A DNA stretch of 64,000 bases from Candidatus Bathyarchaeota archaeon (GCA_963726255.1 CAVSBL010000002.1:1696001-1760000); one strand, 5' to 3'. Positions 39,868-50,094 are shown, numbered from the stretch's first letter. A program made the numbers and translations. Notes: a model not told the origin generated them from the letters alone.

Positions 39868-40026
39868 ATGGCTCCAGTCGGTCTATTGTTCTTCGGCTTG
39901 TTGATTAGAACTGTCTTTGCAGTCGCGATTGTTGTAATAGTCGTTTGGCTTGTACTGAAGGTTGGCAGACTAGCAGACGCCTACACGGAAAAAATCAAAG
40001 CCCAAGGAAGCCGGACAACGAAGTAA
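39868..40026 (+). CDS. 52-aa single-TM membrane protein (below the ORF-track cut-off)
   Basis: RBS GAGAGGTG, ATG 39868, MAPVGLLFFGLLIRTVFAVAIVVIVVWLVLKVGRLADAYTEKIKAQGSRTTK, TAA 40024-40026. Confidence 0.65.
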   Translation: MAPVGLLFFGLLIRTVFAVAIVVIVVWLVLKVGRLADAYTEKIKAQGSRTTK

Positions 40027-40045
40027 ACGGTCCTGTGATCCAAGA

Positions 40046-40687
40046 ATGACGTTCTGTTCCCAATGTGGCAGCGGCATATCCGAAGGAGGGCAAAGGTGCC
40101 CGAACTGCGGTACCGCCATTTCCACAAATTCCGAAAACCCACAGGCTGGGGCTCAAAGCACTGATGAGATTATTGCGGAAACTTCACTGGACGAAGTAAA
40201 ACAGGTTAATTCAGTTATTCCACTTGCTGACGACGAAACCATCCTGTGGCATCGAGAATCCACTCGGGGCCTAATCCACAAAGAGGTTACCGTGGAGGAA
40301 GCAGTAACCAACAAGCGCGCCCTGAAGTATGATGTTGAAAACAAACGGCTTGTTGCCCAAATCGGAATTAACCATTGGCCTGAAGTCGTCGTTATGAACG
40401 TGCACGGGGTTAACGATTCGCTCGGGGGAGGAGTTTTTCTGACGCCACGCATGTTTGGCCTCCCTGGCCTTGGGGGATTCGGCGTATACGGGGGACCGAG
40501 ACGAGGTAACTTGAAGGTTTTCGGCGACGTCTCCTTCATGAACGAAGGAAAAGTTGTGTTGTCATTTGAGAATGTGAAGGATCCACAAGGGGTTAGGCAA
40601 TTGGTTGAGGCCTTGAAACGTGAACAAGGCTTCCGCGGGCCGTGGCCTGTGAGGCCCTGGTTAGGCCGCCGCGTAAGACCGCAATAG
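40046..40687 (+). CDS. Zinc-ribbon domain protein
   Basis: FCSQCG.......RCPNCG N-terminus; C-terminal beta-rich domain with F.NVKDP. Confidence 0.75.
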   Translation: MTFCSQCGSGISEGGQRCPNCGTAISTNSENPQAGAQSTDEIIAETSLDEVKQVNSVIPLADDETILWHRESTRGLIHKEVTVEEAVTNKRALKYDVENKRLVAQIGINHWPEVVVMNVHGVNDSLGGGVFLTPRMFGLPGLGGFGVYGGPRRGNLKVFGDVSFMNEGKVVLSFENVKDPQGVRQLVEALKREQGFRGPWPVRPWLGRRVRPQ

Positions 40688-40818
40688 TCCTAACCCGGCA
40701 CCAAATTGTTATAGTGACTCTCCTCTATTGATAAGGGGCCTTTATTGCGTCGGCTACGTAGTCGACCAGCTGCTTATCCGACCTTTCAACAAAAAACCCT
40801 TTACATATCTCGAAATCA

Positions 40819-41844
40819 TTGAGCGACTGGGTTGACTGGGCGTTGAGTTCGCAGATCCGGTTAGCACCGTTTCAAACCTTCTTCATCGTAGTACTAGTGT
40901 CCATGTTGCTTTTTGTCGCTGTCACCTCTAACGTTACGGCTTTGGCGCAGACTACCCAAACGGCGACTACGAGGAATGTCCTCATTGAATGGACGAAGAA
41001 TCTCAGCGGCCAGGACAGGTTCTATCCAGATTTCATCATCGTGAACCAAGGCGACACAGTTGCCCTCACATTCATCAACAACGACACAGTGGTTCATGAT
41101 TTTGTCATGGGACCACCCTACAACATTGTAGTGAATGCTTCAGTCCCCGGCCTGCATGATGATGTGACAGGCCAACTAATCACAACACCTGCCACACGTA
41201 ACTCCCCAGGTGTCGTGGTTTCAGGCACGCCAGGCAATGTTTCAGCCACTTACTCCTTTGTGGCAAATTACGCTGGTATCTTCGAATACGTGTGTACGTA
41301 CCACGTTCAAGTCGGCATGATTGGTTACTTGGTCGTGCTCGCACCAAATACTTCAAGCATAACCCAACCAACCGCCCCCAACCAAACGGTGCCGCAAAGC
41401 TCCACCACGATCCTCGTGAGCATCGACCCCGGCGCGAGTACAAACGTTAACTCACCAGGCTATACGCCTGCGGATTTGACGGTCGTCATCGGGGTCAATA
41501 ACACGGTGAAGTGGACCAACAACGACGTTATGCCGCACACAGTAACTGCGAGAGATGCTAGTTTTGATTCGGGGAATATGAATCCCGGCGCCACATTTGT
41601 CTACACCTTCACCAGGCCAGGCGTGTACCAGTACACTTGCACATACCATGGTTGGATGCATGGTACCGTGAATGTTGTGACTGAAACGATCGGGCTAGAA
41701 TCTGGGGAACACGGGGAATTCACAGTCGTCTTAACCGCGTACGAGGTCTATGGAATCGTGGGCTTTGGAATAGTCGCCTTGCTAGCCATCATGATGGTTC
41801 TTGGGAGAACGAAACGACCGGGCGAGCAGACCACAGCCGCTTAG
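40819..41844 (+). CDS. Membrane-anchored protein with two cupredoxin (type-1 copper) domains
   Basis: Signal/TM N-terminus; H...CTYH....GM and H...CTYH..M ligand sets; C-terminal TM helix. Confidence 0.88.
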   Translation: MSDWVDWALSSQIRLAPFQTFFIVVLVSMLLFVAVTSNVTALAQTTQTATTRNVLIEWTKNLSGQDRFYPDFIIVNQGDTVALTFINNDTVVHDFVMGPPYNIVVNASVPGLHDDVTGQLITTPATRNSPGVVVSGTPGNVSATYSFVANYAGIFEYVCTYHVQVGMIGYLVVLAPNTSSITQPTAPNQTVPQSSTTILVSIDPGASTNVNSPGYTPADLTVVIGVNNTVKWTNNDVMPHTVTARDASFDSGNMNPGATFVYTFTRPGVYQYTCTYHGWMHGTVNVVTETIGLESGEHGEFTVVLTAYEVYGIVGFGIVALLAIMMVLGRTKRPGEQTTAA

Positions 41845-42473
41845 ATTCGGAATCCTAGCAATATCGCAATTCCCAATCCTATTATCACACAATTTCCGAC
41901 CGCGAATGTTGCTAATTGTAGCTTTGCTGAGAGGTGTTTGTGCGCTACACCGCTAATTGCTGCTAAGAGGCTTTGCCAGGACAAAGAAGCAAGGAACGCT
42001 CCAAAGATGAAGGGGATTGCGCTCAAAGGAGATGGAGAAAAACCCTGCATTCCCAGGATCAAAGTTGTGAAGTAGGTTATTGTGACGGGGTTGAGAAGAG
42101 TCAACCCAAGGACCATGCCGTAGGCTTGTGGACAGCTCGTAGCTCTAAGCCTGGGTTTGTGAGCACGGCCGGACCTATCCCTTCGATGGTACAGCAGCCA
42201 CGCACCCATACCGACTAAGCCTATCCCGCTTCCGATGCGCAAAATGAATGCGAACGGCGCTAGAACTGAGATTATTAGTGTGCCTGCGAGGGCGGCGACC
42301 GTCGCGTAAATCAAATCCGCTGAAGCAGCACCAGCCCCCGCGCTTAACGCAATCCTGAACCCGCGACGGAGGCCTAGCTCAAGGATCAGAACGGCAATTG
42401 GCCCTACTGGAATCGCTATGCCGTAACCTGCGACAACACCATTCAGAAAAGCGTCGAGCGTCGAACCGACCAT
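41841..42473 (-). CDS. LysE-family translocator
   Basis: AIPVGP......GLRRGF, AD..Y, LTLLNP. Confidence 0.88.
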   Translation of the reverse strand: MVGSTLDAFLNGVVAGYGIAIPVGPIAVLILELGLRRGFRIALSAGAGAASADLIYATVAALAGTLIISVLAPFAFILRIGSGIGLVGMGAWLLYHRRDRSGRAHKPRLRATSCPQAYGMVLGLTLLNPVTITYFTTLILGMQGFSPSPLSAIPFIFGAFLASLSWQSLLAAISGVAHKHLSAKLQLATFAVGNCVIIGLGIAILLGFRI

Positions 42474-42501
42474 TGGCTGTTCACAGAAGCAGTGAGAGAG
42501 T

Positions 42502-43029
42502 TCAGCCTAGGTTTTTCCTGTAGAGTTCTTGGCAGTGTTCGATGATTTTCTTGGCTGCTTCGGATTTTTCCCATCCCAAGATTTTCACCTGTTTTCCTTC
42601 CAAGACCTTGTACGTCTCGAATAGGTACGCGATTTCTTTGAGAATGTGCTCTGGCAAGGTGTCCAAATTGTGATATTCAGCGTACCGGGGATCACTGGTA
42701 GGAACAGCTAGGATCTTGTCATCTCTCTTGTTGCCATCTAGCATTCGGAGGAGGCCGACGGGCCTTGCTGACATAATGCATCCTGGAAAGGTAGGGTTCG
42801 TTACCAATACGAGGATGTCAAGCGGGTCTCCATCTTCATCGAGAGTTCGTGGTATGAAACCGTAATCGCCGGGAAAATGCACGGCCGAGAACAATACGCG
42901 GTCGAGCACAATGGCTTTCTTTTTCACATCGTATTCGTATTTGTTCTCAGTTCCTTTCGGGCTTTCTATGACCGCGTACACAACGTTCGGCGGGTCAGGC
43001 CCGGTTTCTAAATCACGAAGAAAATCCAA
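42502..43029 (-). CDS. ppa: Inorganic pyrophosphatase (family I)
   Basis: NKYEYD, LDRVL, YGFIPRT..EDGDPLD, DDKILAV. Confidence 0.97.
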   Translation of the reverse strand: MDFLRDLETGPDPPNVVYAVIESPKGTENKYEYDVKKKAIVLDRVLFSAVHFPGDYGFIPRTLDEDGDPLDILVLVTNPTFPGCIMSARPVGLLRMLDGNKRDDKILAVPTSDPRYAEYHNLDTLPEHILKEIAYLFETYKVLEGKQVKILGWEKSEAAKKIIEHCQELYRKNLG

Positions 43030-43124
43030 TTGCTCACTACCTCCTTGGAATAAGCAAACGCGTCTCTTATGGGGCTTACATGCTTAGGCAGAACTGTACT
43101 TGTAGCGCCAAAACCTGAGCCTGG

Positions 43125-43469
43125 TCAGACTGCCTCTTCCGCAGGGACCGTTTCTTCCTCTTCGTAGTCTTCTTCTTCGTCTTCGCGGGAGAGGGTGATT
43201 TCTATGGTTGAAATGTTTCCTCTGGTGCCGTCGAAGCGGGTGACATCTTCCGACCCCAAGTTTATGCTCACGATTTTAGCGTTCTTGAGGAAGCTGCGCT
43301 TCAGCATTTGTACGGTATCGATGGCCTTCTCTATCGCCTGGCCTCTAGCCCTAACCATAACGTCCCCGTTTCCAGAGTTGAAGAGGGTGACGCATGCGGT
43401 CACGTAGTTCATGATGGGTTTCTTGCCGATTCGGACAAGGTTTGGTTGTTCACTCATCGTTCTTACCAT
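43125..43469 (-). CDS. albA: Chromatin protein Alba with an acidic C-terminal tail
   Basis: IGKKP.MNYV.A, ARG.AI.KAID, S.IEI.L. Confidence 0.9.
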   Translation of the reverse strand: MVRTMSEQPNLVRIGKKPIMNYVTACVTLFNSGNGDVMVRARGQAIEKAIDTVQMLKRSFLKNAKIVSINLGSEDVTRFDGTRGNISTIEITLSREDEEEDYEEEETVPAEEAV

Positions 43470-43586
43470 AGTTTGATTTTGTTGAATTACTTGCGAGGAA
43501 TGTTGGTGTTAAGGGATTTTCAGATGGTGAGGTTGTTCCATCAGTTATTCTATACTTAAATGTCGTGCATCTGCGTCAGGCACTAT

Positions 43587-44576
43587 TCAGCCGCCGATTG
43601 TGTGCATAGGTCTGACATGCTCAAGGTTATGGAACTTCTTGAGCAATGTTTCCACTCCAGGAGCTTTCCGGAGGACAGAGTCGCGCATGAAATTCAAAAT
43701 TGCCTCATCGGAAGCCCCGTTTCTGAGGAGAGGCCTAAGGTCGAAGCCTGCCTTATCGAAGAGGCATGGAACGATTTTCCCATCTGCAGATAGCCGTATC
43801 CTATCGCAGTCCGAGCAAAAGGGTTCAGTTATCGAAGAAATTACGTCAATCTCGCCCGGACCGTCTTTAAACCGGTAGATCTTCGCTGTGCTTCCCGTTT
43901 CTCGCGGAACAGGCTCAAGTTCATAGTGCTCTTGAACGCGTTGGATTATCTCCTTTCCGCTTACAACTTTTTCCAATCCCCAGAGGCGTTGCCCGTCGAA
44001 GGGCATGTATTCGATGAAGCGGACTGTGACGTCGCCAGCCCGAGCCAGCGAGGCTAGGTCGCCTACTTCGTCCTCGTTGCAGCCCCGAATGATTACGGCG
44101 TTTATTTTCAGCGGATTGAACCCGTTCTCCTTAGCCGCACTAATCCCATCTACCACCTTGCGGAAGACTCCGCCGCCTGTGATTTGACTGAATCGTTCGG
44201 GCTTGAGGCTGTGGAGGCTTACGGTCACGCCCTTTAGCCCAGCATTCCTTAGCGCTGCAGCCTTTTCGGCAAGGAGGAACCCGTTGGTCGTCATGCTCAG
44301 CGAGCTGATTCCTGGGACGCGTGCGAGCATTTCAACGAGCTTCTCAATGTCCCGCCGCATCAGTGGCTCCCCGCCGCTAAGGCGGATCTTTTCCACGCCT
44401 AATTCTGCGAAGAGTGACACGACGCGTTCAATCTCCTCGTATCTGAGTATTTCATTCCTAGGCAGCCAGACGGGCGTTTTGGGCATGCAGAATTGGCAGC
44501 GGAAATTGCAGCGATCCGTAACGGATATGCGAAGCTTGCGCGCAACGCGCCCAAAAGAGTCTGTTAGGGGAACCAC
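43587..44576 (-). CDS. moaA: GTP 3',8-cyclase
   Basis: LRISVTDRCNFRCQFCMP, GGEP, RFIEYMP, FCSDCDRIRL...G...PCLF, C-terminal IGG. Confidence 0.96.
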   Translation of the reverse strand: MVPLTDSFGRVARKLRISVTDRCNFRCQFCMPKTPVWLPRNEILRYEEIERVVSLFAELGVEKIRLSGGEPLMRRDIEKLVEMLARVPGISSLSMTTNGFLLAEKAAALRNAGLKGVTVSLHSLKPERFSQITGGGVFRKVVDGISAAKENGFNPLKINAVIIRGCNEDEVGDLASLARAGDVTVRFIEYMPFDGQRLWGLEKVVSGKEIIQRVQEHYELEPVPRETGSTAKIYRFKDGPGEIDVISSITEPFCSDCDRIRLSADGKIVPCLFDKAGFDLRPLLRNGASDEAILNFMRDSVLRKAPGVETLLKKFHNLEHVRPMHTIGG

Positions 44577-44660
44577 GTAACCTACGCCGTCGTTTAATCA
44601 GAATATTGGGAAGGAGTCATTTAAGCGATTTCCATGTTCCACAAAACTGACGGCCCATAA

Positions 44661-45323
44661 CTACTGTTTCTTTCGCCTGTTTAGAACCGCCAAGGTGACT
44701 ATGAATGGAATGGCGACAACTATCACTAACTCGTATGGTAGATCGCTAGATAGAATCAAAGCCGAAACGTTTTCGCTCGAAATCGTCGTTGCGAACAGGG
44801 TTGGAGATGCCCCTGTTGAAGCGAAAGTGGAGGTACTCGTCACAGTTGTTGGTGATGCCACAGTCTGCGAATTAATTTGAACTGCAGAACTATTGGTTGT
44901 CGTGACTTCGGTTGGGGGAACCACGGAGAGCTGGAACCATGACATGTAATGTCCCACTATTTGCCCGCTAATCAAAACCATGTAAGCAGTGGCATAGATG
45001 ATATTCGGGTCGCCAATTTGAGGTGCTGTAATTGTGTTGGTGACGTAGGTCACAGGAGAATTTACCCAGCCATAGCTAGATGATATGAGATTATGGTGAA
45101 AGTCAGAGAGGTCAACACGGGCAACCACCGGACCGACATCACAGGAAAACAATGCAACTGTTGTAGTGACAGAAAATGCCTGGTGCGCCGGGACCGTTTC
45201 GGGGTAATCGAATTTGAGGTAACTGATCTCGCAAAAGTTTATGGCCTGAGCATATGCGGAGGCAGCGTTCCCAAGCACGAGTAGTAAACACAGCAAGAAG
45301 AGGGCGTAGCGTGAATGTGGCAT
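44661..45323 (-). CDS. Secreted/surface protein with Ser/Thr-rich linker and C-terminal membrane anchor
   Basis: Signal peptide, beta-rich domain, T/S-rich stalk, TM followed by RRKK. Confidence 0.7.
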   Translation of the reverse strand: MPHSRYALFLLCLLLVLGNAASAYAQAINFCEISYLKFDYPETVPAHQAFSVTTTVALFSCDVGPVVARVDLSDFHHNLISSSYGWVNSPVTYVTNTITAPQIGDPNIIYATAYMVLISGQIVGHYMSWFQLSVVPPTEVTTTNSSAVQINSQTVASPTTVTSTSTFASTGASPTLFATTISSENVSALILSSDLPYELVIVVAIPFIVTLAVLNRRKKQ

Positions 45324-45401
45324 TGTCGTAGCGACTGTGCAACATCATAATTCGCAATAAAACCGTTTTCTTGGCATGAGGTTTTATCTTTACGAAACGC
45401 A

Positions 45402-46628
45402 GTGGATGGGAGAACTTTGGATAAGGATGATTCGGCTAGGGAACGGTGGAAGAGACTCGGGTTTCGGAACGTTGTTAGGCTTGGGTACGTTAGCCTCTTC
45501 ACTGACATATCCACCGAGATGATTCTAGGCGTCCTGCCAGTCAACTTCATCATTGAGCAGCTCGGCGCAACCCCAGCCATACTAGGTTTGATTGAAGGCT
45601 CCGCTGAGGCCGCCAACAACGTATTCAGAATCCTCGCCGGCGTTCTAACCGACAAAATCGGCAAGCGTAAGCCAATCGTTGTAATCGGTTATGGGCTCTC
45701 CACACTCGCCAAACCGCTCTTCGCAATTGCCAACTCGTGGGGTCAGGCGTCTGCCGTACGAGTTGTTGACAGAGCTGGGAAAGGGACGAGAACAACGCCG
45801 AGAGACGCGCTCATCAGTGACTCGGTTCCTAAGTCACAAGCTGGGAAAGGTTTCGGCCTGCATGGTTCGCTGGACCAAGTGGGAGCGGTCTTGGGGCCTC
45901 TCTTGGCATTCGTGCTGCTTCCTTTGATAGGACTGCGAAATTTGTTTTGGATTTCCTTCATTCCAGGCACCGTTTCCATAATCATTCTTCTGTTCTTTGT
46001 GGCCGATGCGCGGGCACGGCCTAGGCGGTGGAATTTGTTCAAGAATGCTCGGGCTGTTTTGACGCGAGATTTCGTCTTACTGCTCGTGGTCTTAGAAATC
46101 TTCGCAGTAGGCGCCTACAACTTCTCCTTCATTCTGTTGGACGCTCGGGCGCTTGGTGTACAAGGAAATTTCATTGCATTAGTGTACACTCTCCTGAATC
46201 TGGCGACGGTGATAATATCATTTCCCGCCGGGATCCTTGCGGATAAGGTCGGGAAGCTTCCCGTGCTCCTCCTAAGCTTCCTAGTTTTCATGGGCACGTC
46301 GCTGGCCGGCGTGCTCCTTTCCGGATATTGGGCCTTTGGTTTCTTGATCGGCGTCTTCTATGGGAGCTACCTCTCAATCTCTGATACCGTGCAGCGGGCC
46401 ATGATCCCCGACTTTACCCGGCCAGAGCTCAAGGGCACAGCCTATGCCTTCTATTACACAATCATCGCCATCGGCTCCCTCATCGCGAATTCGGTCTTCG
46501 GTGCTTTATGGACGAGTATAGGTTCGGGGGCGGCTTTCAGCTTCAGCATCGCAACCTCCGCGGTCGCCGCTGTCGCATTGGTGATGTTCACTTTTAGAGG
46601 AAGAATACTAGGAAACAAAGGAAGGTGA
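45402..46628 (+). CDS. MFS transporter
   Basis: VS.FTD.STEM, TDKIGKRK, DR.GKG.RT.PRDALI; about 12 TM. Confidence 0.92.
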   Translation: MDGRTLDKDDSARERWKRLGFRNVVRLGYVSLFTDISTEMILGVLPVNFIIEQLGATPAILGLIEGSAEAANNVFRILAGVLTDKIGKRKPIVVIGYGLSTLAKPLFAIANSWGQASAVRVVDRAGKGTRTTPRDALISDSVPKSQAGKGFGLHGSLDQVGAVLGPLLAFVLLPLIGLRNLFWISFIPGTVSIIILLFFVADARARPRRWNLFKNARAVLTRDFVLLLVVLEIFAVGAYNFSFILLDARALGVQGNFIALVYTLLNLATVIISFPAGILADKVGKLPVLLLSFLVFMGTSLAGVLLSGYWAFGFLIGVFYGSYLSISDTVQRAMIPDFTRPELKGTAYAFYYTIIAIGSLIANSVFGALWTSIGSGAAFSFSIATSAVAAVALVMFTFRGRILGNKGR

Positions 46629-46634
46629 CCTTGG

Positions 46635-47063
46635 ATGGGTTCGTCGGACGATAGCATAGTCCTGTTCGTCTGTGTGGAAAACACTTTTCGAAGCGTCATG
46701 AGCGAGGCCCTCTTCAACGCCCGAGCACCCAAAGGTTGGCACGCCGAAAGCGCAGGCGTGCAACCTGCCGAAGCCATCAACCCAATCGTCGCTGAACTTG
46801 TAGGCGAGATAGGGATTGTGGTCGGCCCTAAGAAGCCTAGGCTTGTGTCACCTGAACTGGTCGCTAGCGCTTGGCGCGTTATCACGTTCGGTTGCGTGGA
46901 TCGCTGCCCGATGGGTGCGAAATAGAAATCTGAGGATTGGCCTATTCTTGGATCTACTGGAAAGAGCCCTCAGGAGCTACGTGCGATTCGAGATGAACTA
47001 CAACGACGCATTGCGGGTTTGATTGAAAGAATTGAACGGACACCACGTTCCCTAGGTCGATAA
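46635..47063 (+). pseudogene. ArsC/LMW-PTP family protein interrupted by an in-frame TAG at 46923-46925
   Basis: CVENTFRS P-loop; the same frame resumes after TAG with KSEDWP..GSTGK....RAIRDELQRRI to TAA 47061-47063. Confidence 0.85.
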
Positions 47064-47126
47064 CTCATGATGCGTTTGCTCGCTCAAACAATATATTGAG
47101 CGCGGCTACCGTATCGGTGTAAAGCA

Positions 47127-47378
47127 ATGCCCCGAAAGTTGCCGTCCTCATATTTGCGGAAGTTGAACGAGGAGCAAAAGAGAGCCAAAGAAATCGCTGC
47201 CAAGCAAGCGGCGAAGAAACCTCAGCCAGTGGATCCGGATTCGGGGAAGCTGAAGGGTTTCACGATGGTTTGCCAAACCTGTGGCAGCCGAGCTCGGTTC
47301 ACTGTCGATAAATTCGGGTATGCAACCTGCAGTAACTGCAGGGCCATAGCGAGCTATAGACTCGGTCACCTAGCATAG
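47127..47378 (+). CDS. Small basic Zn-finger protein
   Basis: CQTC...CSNC; TATA-like ATATATT upstream. Confidence 0.6.
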   Translation: MPRKLPSSYLRKLNEEQKRAKEIAAKQAAKKPQPVDPDSGKLKGFTMVCQTCGSRARFTVDKFGYATCSNCRAIASYRLGHLA

Positions 47379-47398
47379 CGTAACCCAGCAAGGAATAA

Positions 47399-48070
47399 TC
47401 AGGAAACTGTCGTAGGTTCCAGGGCTTCCAGTTTTGAATCATTGAGATGAAGGTCAAATACTTCTTCGAATTCGTTTCGTAGTTCCTTCTTGACTAGGTG
47501 GAGGTCGACATCTCCGCCAAGTAACGTTTTCATCGATGTCATTGTTGAGCCGGGGAACCCGCAGGGGGTTATCATCTGGAAGTAGCTAAGATCCGTGTTG
47601 ACATTGAGTGCGAACCCATGAAAGCTCACCCAGTTCCGAACCGCTGCCCCGATTGAAGCAATTTTCTTCTTTCCAACCCAAACGCCTGTTTGTACCCCGC
47701 GCTCTGCGGTTATTCCGAACTTGGCTACGGTTCGGATTAGGGTCTCCTCAAGGTTCCTGAGGAAAACATGAATATCCCGGTGGCTTGCGTTCAAGTCGAG
47801 GATGGGGTATCCGACCAACTGGCCCGGGCCATGGTAAGTCCATTGGCCGCCCCGCTCTATTCTGAAAACTCGGACACCCTCAATGGCGGCCGGAACTTCG
47901 CCTACAACTGCCTTGCCTACCGTGAAAACGTGTGGGTGCTCCACCAATACCAGCGTGTCAGGTATGGATTTCTTTACCCGAAGTTCGTGCAACTTGCGTT
48001 GCAGATTCCAGGTTTCAGCGTAATCCCGCAAACCTAGGTCTAGGAGAGCCGCTTCGGTTGGTTTAGACAT
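47399..48070 (-). CDS. lipB: Octanoyltransferase
   Basis: EHP.VFT.G, RGG..TYHGPGQLVGYPI, KIASIG, HGFALN, PCG. Confidence 0.95.
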   Translation of the reverse strand: MSKPTEAALLDLGLRDYAETWNLQRKLHELRVKKSIPDTLVLVEHPHVFTVGKAVVGEVPAAIEGVRVFRIERGGQWTYHGPGQLVGYPILDLNASHRDIHVFLRNLEETLIRTVAKFGITAERGVQTGVWVGKKKIASIGAAVRNWVSFHGFALNVNTDLSYFQMITPCGFPGSTMTSMKTLLGGDVDLHLVKKELRNEFEEVFDLHLNDSKLEALEPTTVS

Positions 48071-48136
48071 TAGAAGTGAACCAGCCAAGATTGAGTCATG
48101 TCAAGTAGCATATTGAAAGGCGTCGCGTCGAATCAA

Positions 48137-48685
48137 CTAGAGGTACCGTGCCTTTTCCAATATGTCACGATGACCCCGCGCAAGCTTCATCTTACGAATC
48201 TTAGTGGGTGGGAGATAGCGCATCTCCGACCACCAAGGCCTCACCTTGGGTAATTGTCGGGCACTCATCTCGTATACGAAGCAAATATCCCAGTGGTGCA
48301 ATTGCCTCCCGGACCGCTTGTACCCGGGATGCCCGGGCCTCTGCGGCCTAACATGAGATTGCACCATGACGAACCGGGGTTTTCCCTTAAGTCCGGCCCA
48401 TTCGTGGGCGATGCGGCTTGCGGCGTGGTCGGGTGACTCTTCTATCAGAAGATGGGTAGCGGGCAACAACCATGTGCCCTCTTTCTCAATCTCAGCCGCA
48501 TTGCGTTTCGGAAAACCGCCTTTTTCAGGCCAAGCGTCATGCGCCCTCGGTCGGCCGAGAAGTATTGAATCGCCTTTGCGGGCGACGATGAAAACGGAAA
48601 GGCACAAACCTGCTTGAGGAGTATGCGTCATCCAAGACGGATTTCGAGGCCCTATTCGCGCCCATCGCACATCTACAGGCCGCAT
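48137..48685 (-). CDS. NUDIX-fold protein (degenerate Nudix box)
   Basis: W.LPA..L..EESP..AA.RI..E. Confidence 0.6.
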   Translation of the reverse strand: MRPVDVRWARIGPRNPSWMTHTPQAGLCLSVFIVARKGDSILLGRPRAHDAWPEKGGFPKRNAAEIEKEGTWLLPATHLLIEESPDHAASRIAHEWAGLKGKPRFVMVQSHVRPQRPGHPGYKRSGRQLHHWDICFVYEMSARQLPKVRPWWSEMRYLPPTKIRKMKLARGHRDILEKARYL

Positions 48686-48702
48686 ATGAATTCCTTCAGT
48701 GG

Positions 48703-50094
48703 TTATTTCTGTAGAATATGAATTGCTTTTCCTTTTGCGGCCTCTGAGGCTTCCATGATGCTTTCCGGCAAGGTTGGGTGTGGGTGTACAGTAAGCCCGA
48801 TGTCTTCTAAGGTTGCGCCCATCTCAATAGCTAGCGCAGCTTCGCTAATCATATCAGATGCCTCAGCACCAACAATATGAACGCCCAGAACAACGTCTGA
48901 GTTCTTGTCGGCAACTATCTTCACGAAACCTTCCGTCTCTCCGGCGAGCAGGGCTCGTCCGAGGGCTGTGAACGGAAACCTGCCAACGATCGGATCATAC
49001 CCCTTCTCTTTTGCCTGAATCTCCGTAAGCCCAACCGTTGCGATTTCGGGATCACTGAATATTACTCCAGCAATCGCGCGGAAGTCTGCTTCACTGTTCA
49101 TTCCGGCGATGACTTCGGCCGCGACAATGCCCTCTTTCGAAGCTTTGTGCGCGAGCATTGGAGGGCCAACTATGTCGCCAATGGCGTAGATGCCGTGCAC
49201 ATTGGTCTGCATTTTCTTGTCGACCTGAATGAAACCATGGGCATCCGTCTTCACCCCAGTCGCCTCCAATCCGATTTGATCACTGTTAGGGCGTCTTCCG
49301 ACTGTGACGAGGACTTTGTCGGCATCATACGCTGCTTCCTTCCCGTCCTCTAATTCAGCGTAAACCTTTCCGCTTCGAAATTCTTTCGCTTTTGATTTTA
49401 CATGGTAATCTACGCCAAGTTTGCGAAGGGACCGTTCAACGACTCTGACTAGGCTTATGTCGGTGCCCGGCAGAAGTTGCTCCAGCATTTCTATAATCGT
49501 AACCTTGCTTCCCAGTTGAGCGTACATAGTTCCCATCTCTAAACCCGTGACACCCCCGCCGATTATTACGAGGTTTTTTGGAATCTCTTGAAGGGAAAGG
49601 GCTTCGGTTGAACTGATTATATGGGTTCCGTCAAACCTGAAGGTAGGAAGGTCGTAGTACCGTGAACCAGCAGCAATCACGACGTTCTTAGTCTCTATGC
49701 TCTCGGTTCCAGTGGCAGTCTTCACTTCAAGTTGCGTAGGCCCTTTGAAGGTGCCTACTCCCTTCATGATTTTGACGTTGTACCCTTTGCATAGGTATTC
49801 AACGCCCGAGGTTAGCTTGTCGACTACGCTTTGCTTCCAGGCTTGGACCTTAGGAAAATCAACCTTGAGCCCCGACACTTCAAGGCCGATCTGTTTGGCG
49901 GCTTCGATCCTTTTCTTGAGCTTAGCTACGCGGATGAGCGCTTTGGAGGGTATGCAACCTATGTTTACGCAAACCCCGCCAAGCTGATCCTTTTCGATTA
50001 GAACTGTTTCCTTTCCGAGTTGGCCTAGCCTGATAGCGGCCACGTACCCGCCGGGGCCTGCTCCGAGTACTACGGCTTCCGCTTTCTGCACCAT
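48703..50094 (-). CDS. lpdA: Dihydrolipoyl dehydrogenase (E3)
   Basis: GAGPGGY, GGVCVNIGCIPSK, IIGGG..GLE, LAHKA, HPHPTL.E. Confidence 0.97.
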   Translation of the reverse strand: MVQKAEAVVLGAGPGGYVAAIRLGQLGKETVLIEKDQLGGVCVNIGCIPSKALIRVAKLKKRIEAAKQIGLEVSGLKVDFPKVQAWKQSVVDKLTSGVEYLCKGYNVKIMKGVGTFKGPTQLEVKTATGTESIETKNVVIAAGSRYYDLPTFRFDGTHIISSTEALSLQEIPKNLVIIGGGVTGLEMGTMYAQLGSKVTIIEMLEQLLPGTDISLVRVVERSLRKLGVDYHVKSKAKEFRSGKVYAELEDGKEAAYDADKVLVTVGRRPNSDQIGLEATGVKTDAHGFIQVDKKMQTNVHGIYAIGDIVGPPMLAHKASKEGIVAAEVIAGMNSEADFRAIAGVIFSDPEIATVGLTEIQAKEKGYDPIVGRFPFTALGRALLAGETEGFVKIVADKNSDVVLGVHIVGAEASDMISEAALAIEMGATLEDIGLTVHPHPTLPESIMEASEAAKGKAIHILQK

